Shown: positions 24,957-38,200 of the stretch, in pieces
Layout: each line of letters begins with the position of its first letter
Numbering within the stretch: position 1 is the first letter of the stretch
Assembly: GCF_001194135.2 (NCBI RefSeq)
Contig: NC_068987.1
Coordinates: 72,456,466 to 72,520,465, forward strand
Origin: Octopus bimaculoides
Lineage: Eukaryota
Length of the DNA: 64,000 nucleotides
Reading direction: 5' to 3'
Notes under the pieces: model-generated
The model's database searches: none
What the model was told of the DNA's origin: nothing
What the model saw: only the letters and a program-made list of their open reading frames with translations
Made by a program: the position numbers and the translations under genes

Positions 24957-25402
24957 TGTAGTGGCGCCTAATATCAGTCGCCATTCTGGAGAGTTTATCC
25001 ATGCATGTGCAGGGACTAGTCTTCCGGAAGGAATGCAGGAAGAGTCTCATGCGCATGCGTAGTCATCCAATATCCAAGCGTTCCCGCGTCTTTCTACCTC
25101 TTTGTTCGCTGAACCTCATGGAAACTAGACAGCACAATAGCAGCTCTCCGACAACTCTGCAATGGAGCCACATAGATAACCAGAGAGGAGAAAAATGACT
25201 TCTAACCACGCAACTTCATTGACGGCGTCTCATCTAACCAAAGGCGACATGCTACCGAATTCCCTCCTAGTGTGAACAGAATTCTACTGTAATAAAATAT
25301 TTGTTGTGCTGTTAGTTTAGAGTCTGCGTTCCGTTTTCTTCCTTAAGAAATTGAATGTACGGAATTGGGATACACAGAATGGTGTATATCCACTTCCCTA
25401 CA
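24957..25402 (+). mobile_element. solo LTR
   Basis: Termini tgtag...ctaca, 4-bp TSD ACAT (24953-24956 and 25403-25406), internal AATAAA; shares blocks (catgcgcatgcg, tccaagcgttcccgc, tagtttagagt) with the adjacent LTR family. Confidence 0.8.
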
Positions 25403-25531
25403 ACATGATATTGCTGTAAGATTTTTTCTTCTCAATTATTAATATTAATATGCATATCTTTGGTTTGCAATCACTGGACCAAAGAAGAACCCCCTACCCC
25501 ACCCAACCTAATTTCTGAGTTAAAATACTTC

Positions 25532-27385
25532 TGTAGTAACGCGTGTCTTGTGCGCATGCATAGTCCCACGCATGCGTGGAATTCATCATCCAAGCGTTCC
25601 CGCTTCTATTCATTCTCTTTCTCGGCTGGCCGGCATTGAGCATGGACGTGTCAAGCCTTCTCTCCATCTTTCGAACTCTAGGAACAGCTCACATCAACAT
25701 TCCAACGTCTCAGCAACCATGCTCTCACACAGAAGGCGTCTCAACAACGAAGATTAAAGCTGCACATTTTCCACCATGAATAAATATTGTTGTGTTGATA
25801 GTTTGGAGTTTCTGTGTTCCGTTAATTCCTAATTTAATATAGGAAAGTAGGTGCACACCTAAAGGTGTGTAACCACTATTCTTATATAACTGGTGACCCT
25901 CTGACGTGATTCGAACACGCAGTCCGGCACACTTTCCTATAAAAGTGGTGACCCCGACTAAAGAACAAACGCGGCCATGGATTCTGGACTATCAACCAAT
26001 AATACTACACTGCCGCCGCTGACATAAGTAACTACGGCACTTTCCTATAAAACTTTGAATTCATGACAGCATTTTCCAGCAATGCCACTCATCAAGGTCG
26101 ACGCTAATGGTCGTACAGAGATTGTGTCTGTCGACCGTCTGTAAAAGCGTACCTCTTCAAACACCATCATCACCAAGCAGCCTTTTCTCCACCAGCTTCG
26201 TTCAACCAAGATTACCACACGACAACAACAACCACTACCAACTACGAGCATCGCCCCCCGACGTCGCCAACAGCTTCAACATGACATCATTACCACCGTC
26301 AACATCATTACCACCACACATACAGAACACAGCTACAGCTATAGCCAGTTCCGACGCCGACGTCTTCACCACCAATGTACTGTCTACCACAATGTCGTGC
26401 GCCAACAACCCCACTACCAAGTACACAAGCAACCAATATCAACACACTCGGTTTTATCTTCACTGTATGAGTGGAGTATCCACTCACGGACAACAGTCAG
26501 AACTAACCGACTAGGATATTTAGTACCAGGTAACAGGTCTCAACTCGCATCGACGCTCAACTACAGCTCTGCCAACTGACCACAACTTCCTGAGTACAGA
26601 CATTCAACTTGTGTAACTCTTATACGAACTGGATTTTTTTTTCTCTACAGACACTTTTAATATGTTCTGTGTTTTTTCTCACACACACACTTGTGCACTC
26701 ATACATTTTCTTTCCTTTCAGTAAAAACAAACAATCAGACTTTTACATTCCGTGATTTCAGTTCCTGGACAGTGGTCATCACGTTTGTTTTATCATTGTC
26801 TCATTTGTTTTTCACTAGGTGGCATTTACTGCCCATATTACTTGCATGTTTTCTTTCAATTCATTTGTACATTGCATGCATGTATCTCACGAGTGTACAT
26901 TCATTTCTTTGATTTTTCTTTGTGTGTGTTTGTGCCACATCTTGTGGGTGGTTTTCAGTGGCCATCCTGCTTCAGGTGTTCCTCCAAAATTTTATATTAT
27001 CGTGCGTTCCGCACTGGCAAGGGAGCCCTGTAGTAACGCGTGTCTCGTGCGCATGCGTAGTCCCACGCATGCGTGGAATTCATCATCCAAGCGTTCCCGC
27101 TTCTATTCATTCTCTTTCTCGGCTGGCCGGCATTGAGCATGGACGTGTCAAGCCTTCTCTCCATCTTTCGAACTCTAGGGACAGCTCACATCAACATTCC
27201 AACGTCTCAGCAACCATGCTCTCACACACAGAAGGCGTCTCAACAACGAAGATTAAAGCTGCATATTTTCCACCATGAATAAATATTGTTGTGTCGATAG
27301 TTTGGAGTTTCTGTGTTCCGTAAATTCCTAATTTAATATAGGAAAGTAGGTGCACACCTAAAGGTGTGTAACCACTATTCCTATA
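25532..27385 (+). mobile_element. non-autonomous LTR retrotransposon (TRIM/LARD-like), 1854 bp
   Basis: 5' LTR 25532-25886 and 3' LTR 27029-27385 differ by about 7 substitutions and one 2-nt indel. 4-bp TSD CTTC, PBS complementary to tRNA-Trp at 25891, purine-rich tract aagggag before the 3' LTR, and no recognisable pol. Confidence 0.9.
25891..25925 (+). other. primer-binding site complementary to the 3' ~33 nt of tRNA-Trp
   Basis: Reverse complement ggactgcgtgttcgaatcacgtcagagggtcacca matches the metazoan tRNA-Trp 3' arm GCGTGTTCRAATCACGTCGGGGTCA+CCA (recalled sequence). A second tggtgaccccgac is at about 25946. Confidence 0.8.
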
Positions 27386-27399
27386 CTTCCAACACTGAT

Positions 27400-28400
27400 T
27401 TGGTTTTCATTTTTTCAGGGATGGACGCAGTGGTATAAAATAAGTAGCAGTAATCCACTGAAGTTGATTTTATCGACAATTGTCTCTTCTCTACAAAAGT
27501 TGGTCTATTGTTCGGTTAAAAGTGACCTACACATTTTTATAGAATTAGAATTTCCATTTTGAAATTTCTAACGAAATAATAATTTTCTTAAGTATTTGCA
27601 TTTTGGGTACTGGTAATTATTCGATTTATACATATTCAATAAATAATGAATGTTTACGTTTAAAATACTATCCCGAACCACATCAATGCAAAGCAAAACA
27701 AAAATTTAAAATATGATAAATTACAATCTTATAAAAAAAACATTTTTTTAATTATCAAAAGGCGGTGTATTGGTAGAATTGGTAAAGAGGTTGACAAAAA
27801 TCTTCTATTATGTATAATAATTACGGCCCTTTACATTCTAGGTTCAAATCCAGTTGGTGTCGACTTTGCTTTTCATTCTTCCGCGGGCGATAAAATAAAT
27901 ATCTGTAAAATACTGGCTCAACTTACGCAATTTTATACCACTAAAAGAATTGTAGCTGTATACAATTGTTAGAAATAAATATATTAACTTGTAAGCCTTT
28001 ATCATACAAAGGGAATTGTTATTCAAAATATTTGGACAAAACGAAAATGATAAAATGAAATTTATGGAAGAATATTTCAGACGGACATTTACGGGTTAAC
28101 ACCGCCTCCCTGTCTTTTCAAATCGGAGAATCTGACAACATGACCACGAAAACGTCGTCGGCAGCACCTATTTGCGAATTTTTATTCGTGATAGTGTGTG
28201 CTGTTCTTGTTCGATGGTTTATATCGCTTGGAGGATATTCTGGTTAGAATATTTACTTATTTTGGTTTTGATTTTAGGCTATATATGCATGTTCCATTTC
28301 AATTTATTACAGAAGTCTTTCTCTGCCACGCACCTCCGTTTGCCACATGTTAGCTTCTGCTAGCGCACTTTGATTGTTACAGAAAAAAAAAAAAAAAAGA
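27400..28400 (+). promoter_or_regulatory. CpG-retaining region around the ALG6 start (putative promoter / 5' UTR)
   Basis: Visibly more CG dinucleotides than the flanking intronic DNA (e.g. acggacatttacgggttaacaccgcc, aacgtcgtcggc). A possible acceptor tttcag| at 28080 hints at an upstream non-coding exon. Confidence 0.4.
28140..28242 (+). CDS. ALG6: ALG6 coding exon 1 ([35 protein letters not shown])
   Basis: ATG with A at -3, a hydrophobic segment then [12 protein letters not shown] matching the ALG6 N-terminus (VRWxxSLxxYSG), and a phase-1 donor g|gttaga that joins exon 2 in frame. Confidence 0.85.
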
Positions 28401-29181
28401 TAGATAGATGCATGTAAGTAGGCAGGAGAAAATAATCATACTTTCATTTTTGTCAACGTAAACATAATATTGTTCATGCTTCATTTCAACAGGTTTGAAG
28501 TGTTAAGCAATTTTTTTTTTTGATTGTTTTATTTTATTTTTAAGTAGACCCATTTTAAATGTTGAAGGCTGTGATGTATCGATCGACTGGCGATAAACAG
28601 TATCAGCACATCATTTTGCTTTACTAAAACAAATTAAAAGGTGACAGTGAATGACCCGCCAGTATTAAAAAGAATAGAATTTGATTTCTTGTCTTTTGTG
28701 TCGAGTCAGCAATTATAATTTGAAATACAAAATAATATCGTGGTTTACAGAGTGAGTTTTACTAGTAATGGTTTTGAAAATTAAATCCTATTCTGATTGA
28801 TCAAATCACTGCTTCTATTTTGTACATTAATGAACGTAACATTCCTTGATCGAGTTTTCACCATTTCTGATGTAAGCATCAATAATATATATTTAATAGC
28901 GAGCTTTAAACTTTCGATCGTTTATTTAAAATTATATTATACCTATATGGAAGAAGTAAACCATTTTTATTCCATATGGTTGAAATAAGGTTATGCGGCT
29001 GGGGGAGGGTCTTGTAATAAAACCAGTGTAGTTCGTGTTTTATCATCACCGTCATCGTGTTATATTTTTAAATACAGAACAGCTGTTAAATGATAATTTG
29101 CTAAATCTCACGAATTTGATCCATTTGAATGTTTTGTACTTCATATTGGGAAATTATATTTATATAGATGTGAGGATATTC

Positions 29182-29218
<37 letters not shown>

Positions 29219-32200
29219 NNNNNNNNNNCGGAACCATGTGGTTGGTAAGCAAGCTACTTACCACACAGCCACTTCATGCTTTCTTACTAAAGATTAGCTA
29301 ACAAATTCTATGGACGACAAGTGACACCAAAATTTTACCTGTTATTCCCTTCTTAGTCTTACCTGCAGTATATTTCTTTAACCCCTTTGACACCAAACTA
29401 CCTAACCTTGTTCTTGGTTCTATGATAAAAAAATAAAAATTCCTGTTTTAAAGTCATCTAAATTAGACCTCACGTTAATATTTCTGGTAATTTAAGATGG
29501 CGAGCTGGCAGAATCGTTAACACATCAGACAAGATGCTTAGCTGCATTTCATCTGTCTTATGTTCTGAGTTCAAATTCCACCAAGGTTGACTTTGNNNNN
29601 NNNNNTACGTTCTGAGTTCAAGCTCCGCCGAGGTCGACTTTACCTTTTATTCCTTTCGGGGCGGGGGTGGATAAAATAATTACCAGTTGAGCACTGGGGT
29701 CAGTGTATTTGACTTACCCCTTCCTTCAAATTTCAGGCGTTATGCCTATAGTGGAATTGATTATTAATTTTCCTTTAGAATAACACCAACTTTGACATCA
29801 TTATGGCGAGCTGGCTGAATCGTTAGCACGCCGGGCAAAATACTTAGTGGCATTTCGTCCGTCTTCACGTTCTAAGTTCAAATTCCATCGAGGCCAACTT
29901 TGCCTTTCATCCTTTCGGAGTCAATAAGATAAGTAGTTGAGTACTAGGGTCAGTGTAATCGACTATCCCTCTTTCCCAAATTTTCAGGCCTTGTGTCTGT
30001 AGTAGAAAGGATTACACAAAGATGGCACATGATCAAAAATTTATTGGAAGGAAATATGCAATTGAATTAATGTTAGTATATACCCATTTCTATATTTTTT
30101 AAAATCAATCTTGGCTAGAAATGAATAAGTATGAAGTTTAAAGCTGTAAATCTGTATAACTGCGATAATGTAGTTTTAAATTTGATCTATTTTCTTTCTT
30201 TCCCTGCCCACATTGTGCTAAGTAGAATATATTTATAGCACAAACACGTTGTCTCTCCATCGCTCCTTTATATTTCTTTCTCTAGCCAACGAGAATCTCC
30301 ACATAATCGCTTGACCAGTTAATTGTAGCTAAATTTCCCTCAAATCATGTCCTTCCGTCTGAAACACCATTGGTCATTGATCTTAGTGATCAAGGCAGAC
30401 CCGGAGTCAACATAACAATCACTTTCCATGAGCCTTCAAGTGAGCATCTATGTGATCCTTTGTCTTTCTAGAAATAACAGTTATATATCCCACTTTTCAG
30501 TCTTAAATATATTATCTGAATAAAAAGATTGGATGATCATGGCTGGATTGCTTTTAAATAATGATTTGTTGGTGCAGGACTAGCTTGGAACTAACATTTA
30601 ATCTAGTTAATTCTTAACAGATCAATCATCACATGCTAAATTCAATACAATTCAATATCATGGTGCATTGCAAAACACCTTTCCTTGATAAATCTACTAA
30701 ATATCTTAACTGAAACAAACTACAACTACATGGTTGCTCAAAACGCCCCCCACCCCCACCCCAAAAAACAGCTAAATCTCTCAAGTCACATGCCACCATC
30801 TTAAAAATATAAAGAAGACACTGGATAATGGTCCAAAATAGCTTTATAAGAAGGGGATGATGGCTATGACTCAAATAACTTTTGATTATAGGTCTGCTCA
30901 ATCATGGTTAACCTGAAAGCTGCACAACACAACACTTTTCTTCAGTCGATGCCACTCAATTCTTCATGCAAGAACAGCTTTCATAATGACTACTTGTTTC
31001 AACAATCCATACCGAATGTCATTCAATCACAATAGTGATGAATGTGCTGTATTGTATACAACCCTTTAAGAGCTAAGATCATGAAAGAGCCTTTATGTCC
31101 GATGTTGCTAACAGATGGGCTGCTGCTGATGAGTGGGCCTTCAATATTTTCTAAAAACTTTTCAGATTTAACCCTTTAGCATTCAAATTACTCTGTCAAA
31201 TGTTTTGAATTAATCTTGCATTAACTTGTAACTTTCAGATTTCAATTATGTGATTGTTTATTTTCAGAATGACGTTGTAGGGTAGGTGTGAGAGGCCTGA
31301 TCCAGTCAGTTTATTTGTGTCTGATATGGCTGGTTTGAATGCTAAAGGGTTAATGTACTTGTGGGCCTTGAGCAATTGATAGCCTTTGGATAGTTTTTTG
31401 TATCATGATATGTTTGATTTTTGCTTACATAAGCATTGCCAGTGATGGAAATGGTGGATGGGTACATTTTTTTATTATCCTATACTTGTTTCAGTCATTG
31501 GATTGAGCCATGCTGGGACACTACCTTGAATAGTTTCTGTCAAACAAATTGTTCACGCCCCCAATACTTAAAGCCTGGTTCTTATTCTATTGGTCTCTTT
31601 TACTGGACTGCTAAGTTATAGGGACATAAAAAACACTAACGCTGGTTCTCAAGCTGTAGTGCTGGTCAAACACACATAAACACAGGTATAAGACAGGCTT
31701 CCACATAATTTCCATCTACCAAATTCATTCACAAGGAATTGGTCAGTTTAGGGATCATAGTAAGGTTCTGTACAATGGAATTGAATCTCAGATCACAGGG
31801 TTGCAAAGCTATTAGTTTCTTAACCACACAGACATGCCTGCACTCTTTAGGGATTTTTTTTGTAAGATATATAATACTTGAGCCGTGGGCAAATGTAAAA
31901 GAATCTGAATGGACCATTACAAAAAGAAGTTACTGATCCCTACTTTATGTAGTTGGTCAACCTGCTAGAAATAGTTGCCAAATCATTTTCAAAGCATACT
32001 GTACCATCTTTGGGAAGAAGGACACATTGGTTTAGCCTTTATCTTTTACTTCTTTCAGTCACTAGACTGCGGCCATCCTGGAACACCGCCTTGAAGAATT
32101 TTTAGTCAAATGAATCAATCCCCGTACTTATTTTTTCTCTTAATCCTGGTACTTGTATTGTCAGTCTCTTTTGTCGAACTAAGTTACAGGGACATAAACA

Positions 32201-35200
32201 CACCAGCACCAGTTGTCAAGTTGTGGTGGGACACACACACGCATACATAAGCCCAAAGAAGTCGCACGACTCTACTGCAATGTATCATCAGATAAAAGGA
32301 TGAGCCTATATGAGCAGGAGACTGTGCATGGATATGTTACTAGAAAGCTCCAAGATGATAGTAACATCGATCATCAAAGCAGTTTATCATGGACCAGTAG
32401 CCAGATGACTACCTCTCTCTTTGAAGGGTATGCGTTTGCAATCCAGGAACAGGAAATATCAACCAAGCACCTGATGTGCAAAAGCAGTAAAATGTGACAA
32501 CCAATGTAGACTTTGTGGAATTAACACCAACGATATCACCCACATCATAAGCAGTTGTTCAAAAATGTATTATCTACCAATGAGACATGATGTTGTAGCT
32601 AGGACACTCTATAATGAAATCTGTTGGAAGGATAACCCAGAGGACAAAGAAATAAAAACCCACAGTATGGTAAAAGCCATAGCCACTCATAATAAAAAGG
32701 AATACTGGTGGAATGTCCCAGTGAAGACCTCAATAAAATGTAAGCACAATAGACCTGACATAATGATTTGGGATAGAGAAGAGAAAATGTGCACAGTTGT
32801 GGAAATTAGCTGCCCAACAGATGAAACTGAAGATTGGTGAAAAAGAGAATATCTACACTGAACTATTAAGAAATCTGCTGTTACTCTATTCAGATTACAA
32901 GTTAAAGTTTATACCTGTAATTATTGGGGCTCTGGGATATGTAACACACTGCCTAAATGCCAATCTTGAGAAATTAGGCTTCTCAAAACCAGAAAGAAGA
33001 AAGCTAATTCAACGACTACAGATCCAATCCATCACTGGAACTGTAAAAATCTATAAAACTTTCCAGAAGTTAATCATTTAAATATATATGAGTGTGTCTA
33101 GATATGAGAATACATAGATAAAGCAAAATATACGAATCTGCACATATACATACATACATACAAAAATACCTTCTTGTTGATGTTGAAATTCCAATGAAGG
33201 AGCCTTGGATCTAGGTTAGAAACTGGCTCTTTCTCTATTGGCAAGAAATCTTGAAATAAAACTGACCAATGACATACATACCTACATATATGTATATATA
33301 CAATGGGCTTCTTTCAGTTTCCTTCTACCAAATGCACTCACAAGGCTTTAGTTGGCCCGAGACTATTGAAGAAGACACTTGTCCAAGGTGTCACACTGTG
33401 GGATTGAACCTGGAACGATTTGGTAGGGAAGCAAGCTTCTTACCACACAGCCACACTGTCCTGAGTGCATTGCCTGAGGAGGGTTATGGTTGGAATGTCT
33501 TTTGATCATAGGTCTGCTGAAGCATGGCTGACCTGATGTTGAACAACAACACCAACTTTATTGTATACTCATAACTCTGGTAACATTTCAGTTTGTAAAG
33601 ACCTTTTGTTATATTCCAACCAGTCCAGGTATGGGCTCAATGGAATATCACTATTCAGGCCAGTTCTTATCTGGAGTTATTACCTTCCTCATTGGTTTCA
33701 AGGACCACATCTTGCTCATACATTTCATATTTGGCGTGGTCTCTATGATTGGATGCTATTTCCTAAACAACACTCGCATTACAGAGTGTATTGAGTACAT
33801 TTTATCATGGCACCAGCACTCGTAAAAATATGAAGATAATGCTTAAGTGTTTTAACCCATTAGATTGTTAACTCAATGTTAGAAGACTTCCTGTCCATGT
33901 AATATTCTGTTAAGAGCATATTGGAGTTGTATCCCATATCTTTCTCCAGACCAACAAGAAGTTTTGAACTTAGCACTGCAATCTGATGAAACATTTATAC
34001 ATTAGTACTGTTTCTTGTAGCCATGGGCTGTACCTCCATATCATACCTACTTATTGCTAGTTTGCTGTTCTTTATCACTAGGTCAAGGTCAGCTCTGATG
34101 AACAGGTTTATGATTTAATGTGTCCCAGTCATGATTGTCCTGTTTCTTTTTTTATTTTTTATTTTTTATTTTCAGTGATTTATCTTTTACTTGTTTGAGG
34201 CATGAGGCTGTGGCCCTGCTGGGACACTACCTTGAAGAATTTTTAGTTGAATGAAACGACACCAGTACCTAGTATTTTTGCTAAGTCTGTTACTTATTCT
34301 ATCAGTCCCTTTTGCCAAACTGCTAAGTTATTGGGATGTAAACACACCAATACTAGTCGTGAAGCAGTGGTAGGAGACAAACACAGACACAAAGATACAC
34401 ACACACACACACACACATGTGTGGTTTGATTTATAGTTAAAACATTTGGTGCAGTTAGAGTTTAATCTTTTATCTAGGTTTGTATATAGCAGAGCATCAC
34501 GGTAGAATACATTCCAGCTATTAGCTGTTTTTACCAATCTCATCTGGTTGTAACACCTTTGAAAAATATATGAATTCAGTAATATTGTCAAAGTAGTTTT
34601 GCTGTTACTTTCATTTGTGATCTCTATTGAGTAAATATTACTCGGAGTAATGTTGAATGTTAGATACTCCTGATCCATAAAAAATGTAATTAGTAATAGT
34701 TGAAAATCATCATCATCATTTTAATGTTCCCTTTCTCATACTTGCATGTCTTGAATGGAGTTTATTGTGGGAGATTTTCTATGGTTGGATGCCCTTGTTG
34801 TTGCCAACCCATACTCGTTTCCAAGCAAGGTAATGTTTCCCCATAGTCAGACATGTTTTTGCAGAATATTGAAAGTGAATAACACTGAGTGTATGTCAGT
34901 AACATTCATTTACAACTATCGTGCAATGTCGAGACAAGGAAACACGCACATATACACACACACACACACATGCACACATATGCAATGAACTTCTTTCAGT
35001 TTCTGTCAACCAAATCCACTCACAGGGCTTTGGTGGGCCCAGAATTATAGTAGTAGACACTTACTCAAGATGCCACAGTGGGACTGAACTTGAAACCATA
35101 TGGTTGGGATGCAAACTTCTTAACCACATTGCTATAAAAGGTGGTGAATTGATCTGGTTCTGTGTACTTTGGTTTCAAATATCACTAAAGCTAACTTTGC

Positions 35201-38200
35201 CTTCATCTCTTTGGGTGTCAATAAAGTACCAGTAAATTACTGGAGCCAATTTTCCCCCTCATCTCTTTTTTACTCTCTGGATTGACAACCATGAAGTGGC
35301 CAAGAAAGAAGTGTTTGTATTGAGAGCTCTGCTAATCCATTGACCACCACTCTGGGAACATAAGATAAAAAAGAAGAATTACATTTCATAACAGAAATTT
35401 CTTGCTTTGACACACTACCCAGCACATCATCATCATCATCATTTAACATTTGTCTTTTATGCTGGCATGGATTAGATTGTTTGACAGGAACTGGCAAGCC
35501 AGAGGACTATATCAAGCTCCACTATCTGTTTTGGCATGATTTCTGTAGTTGGATACCCTTCCTAACATGAACAACTTATTTTCCAGTATATGACTAGTTT
35601 TTATCTTATAAAATCTGAAGAAATGAAAAAAACAACAAAACATGTTCCACTGGCAGGATTTGAACCAGGAATATGGTGGATCAAAGCTAATTACTGTTAG
35701 GCCTTTACTTTTGCTTTCTACTGTGTCTGCCTTTCCAACACTCCAGTATGTTTAGTAATAACGATTTCCAACATTGATACAAGCCCAGGAATTTATAAGG
35801 AAGAGGTATGATTATTTGAATTACCCGTGTTACATATTCTCTTGGAAATAGGTGAAGGTTGCCAACAGAAAGGGTATCCAACCATAGAAAATCTGCTTCA
35901 ACAAATTCCGTCTTTATAAAGACTGGTAAAGTAGACGTTAATGATGATGATGCTCCATGTGAACAACCTACATGTGCACCAGTAGTAAATATCAAGATCT
36001 GAATATACAAGTATGAAATTTAGGATAATTTTCTGCACTGCCTTTGTCATAGTTTCATAGTCATACAACCTTAGCAATCAATGTCAGTTATTCTTCCATA
36101 ACCAACACCCTCATATTCATTTATACCTTCTTCATAAATTTGCGTACATCTCCCATCATCTTTACTATTATCATAACTATTAATATCATTCTAATTATTA
36201 CTGACTCCATTATATACACATCACCAACATTATCAACAGAGTCAACCAACAGTAAATCAACCATAGAAATAATACCTCATCTTACAAGACTAATACATTA
36301 AAGATAGTAATATCAATAGTATCATCTTAGTAATATTAATAGTATATCTTAAGGTGGTAACCTGACAGAAATGTTGCATGCTGCGCAAAATGCTTAGCAG
36401 CATTTTGTCCGTCTTTACACTCTTAAGTTCAAATTCTGCCAAGGTGGACTTTACCTTTCATCTTTTTGGGATCAATAAATTAAGTACCAGACAAATACTG
36501 AGGTCAATATAATCGACTTACTTACCTTCCTCCCCCAAAATTACTGGTCTTGTGCCAAAATTTGAAACCAATATTATTATTATTATTAGTATTGCAATCA
36601 TTATTGTGAGGATTCATTTTATTACCGTTATTGAGGTGGCAAGTTGGCAGAATCATTAGCGTGCTGGGTAAAATGCTTAGTGGCATTTTGTCTGTTGTTT
36701 GGTCTGAATTCACATGCTACTTGGGGTCATCTTTGCCTTTTATCCTTTCGGAGTCAATAATATAAGTACCAGTTGAACACTGGGGTCAATGTAATCGACT
36801 CATCCCCTCCCTCAAAATTGCTGCCCTTGTGGCAAAATTTGAAACCATTATCATTATTATCATGGAGTGAGTGAGAGTGCAGCACTTGCCATCAAAGTGA
36901 CACTAGGGTACAAATATACGAAGCCCAATATATCCACCTTGACTACTTGCCTGATAAGGGTACATCAGACATACAAGCATCACAACCACATGTGCGCAAC
37001 GTGGTGATCTCATTAAGATAAACAGCCCCTGACCTTGCAGTTGGGGGCCCAGTTAGAATTTTCTTCTGGTCAAGTAGCCCATCCTGCTCAAAAGGTCCCT
37101 GAATAAGGGTTGTTCAAGGATGTTGAACGAAACACCCATGTTTCCAGAGGTGAATTATTCAAACCTCAAAGAATTCCTTTCAACACATGGCTATGATACT
37201 CCTCCACTACTTAGGCTCATGATCAGGGATGCCCATATTGTCAGCCAGCAAGGGACATGCTCAACTTAAAGTCAAGCAACTGACAAGCAAATCTGTAGTA
37301 TTGAGCAGAATATTTTCTGTAGCCCATCTTTTGTACCAAGACAAAACATGTACATGATAACTCTTACATCAGGGCAGTTATTATTATTATTATTATTTAG
37401 CTGTCTTATTTTCATTGTGTGTTTTCACTACTCTACTAAGTGCAGTACTGTGTGTCTTAGGTTGTGCAGTGTTTTGTTTTGGTTATGTTAATTTTATTGT
37501 ATTGAAAGTACTCTACATAATGTGTGCAGTGCTTAGTGATACTGTTTTCTGTATATTATACATATTTGCAAGTCCTGTGGTTTTGTCTATTTATTAATCT
37601 GCATGCTTTTTTTGATTATTCCCAAAGCCCCTATTATTATAGGGATTATTTCTGTTTTCAGGCTCTCTTAGATCTTTCTACTTAGATAATTTTTCCATAT
37701 CTTTTAGAGATACATTATCATCCTTTGAAACTGATATATTAGTGAGGAGGTATTTCTTTTCCTGCTGGGTCTTGACAACAATAACTGTTCAGTTAGCCTT
37801 AATTTTCCTGTCTGTTTGTATTGGTGTATCCCAGAATATGGTTGCTTTGCCATTCGCAGAGAATTTTCTGGTGTATTTCTCTATCACCTTTTTCTGTTCA
37901 CTAGTGAACTTCTTAAACATATAGACATTCCTATGCTTAATTTCATTCACTTATCTAATATTGAACATAGCTATAATATTGTAGTAACGCTGTGCGCATG
38001 CGTAGTCTCACGCATGCGTAGAATTAAACAACCAAGCGTTCCCGCTCAATTCATTCTCTTTCTTGCTGGCCAGCAATAGAGCATGGACGTGTCAAGAAGT
38101 GTCTCCAACACCCAACTCTGGAGACAGTCTCTTTACGTGTATAGCTGTCACTCTCCATCTTTCGGACTTACACTCGACAGCTCGCTTACACCTACATAAC

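Noticed and set aside
12362-28140. Bidirectional promoter shared by the minus-strand gene and ALG6
   Set aside because: The start codons are about 15.8 kb apart with TE-filled DNA between two separate CpG-retaining regions.
37378-37400. RLE LINE with a (TAA)n tail as the mobilising partner of SINE family A
   Set aside because: On their own sense strands the LINE tail is (TAA)n and the SINE tail is (TTA)n, i.e. opposite polarity, and no shared 3' sequence was seen.
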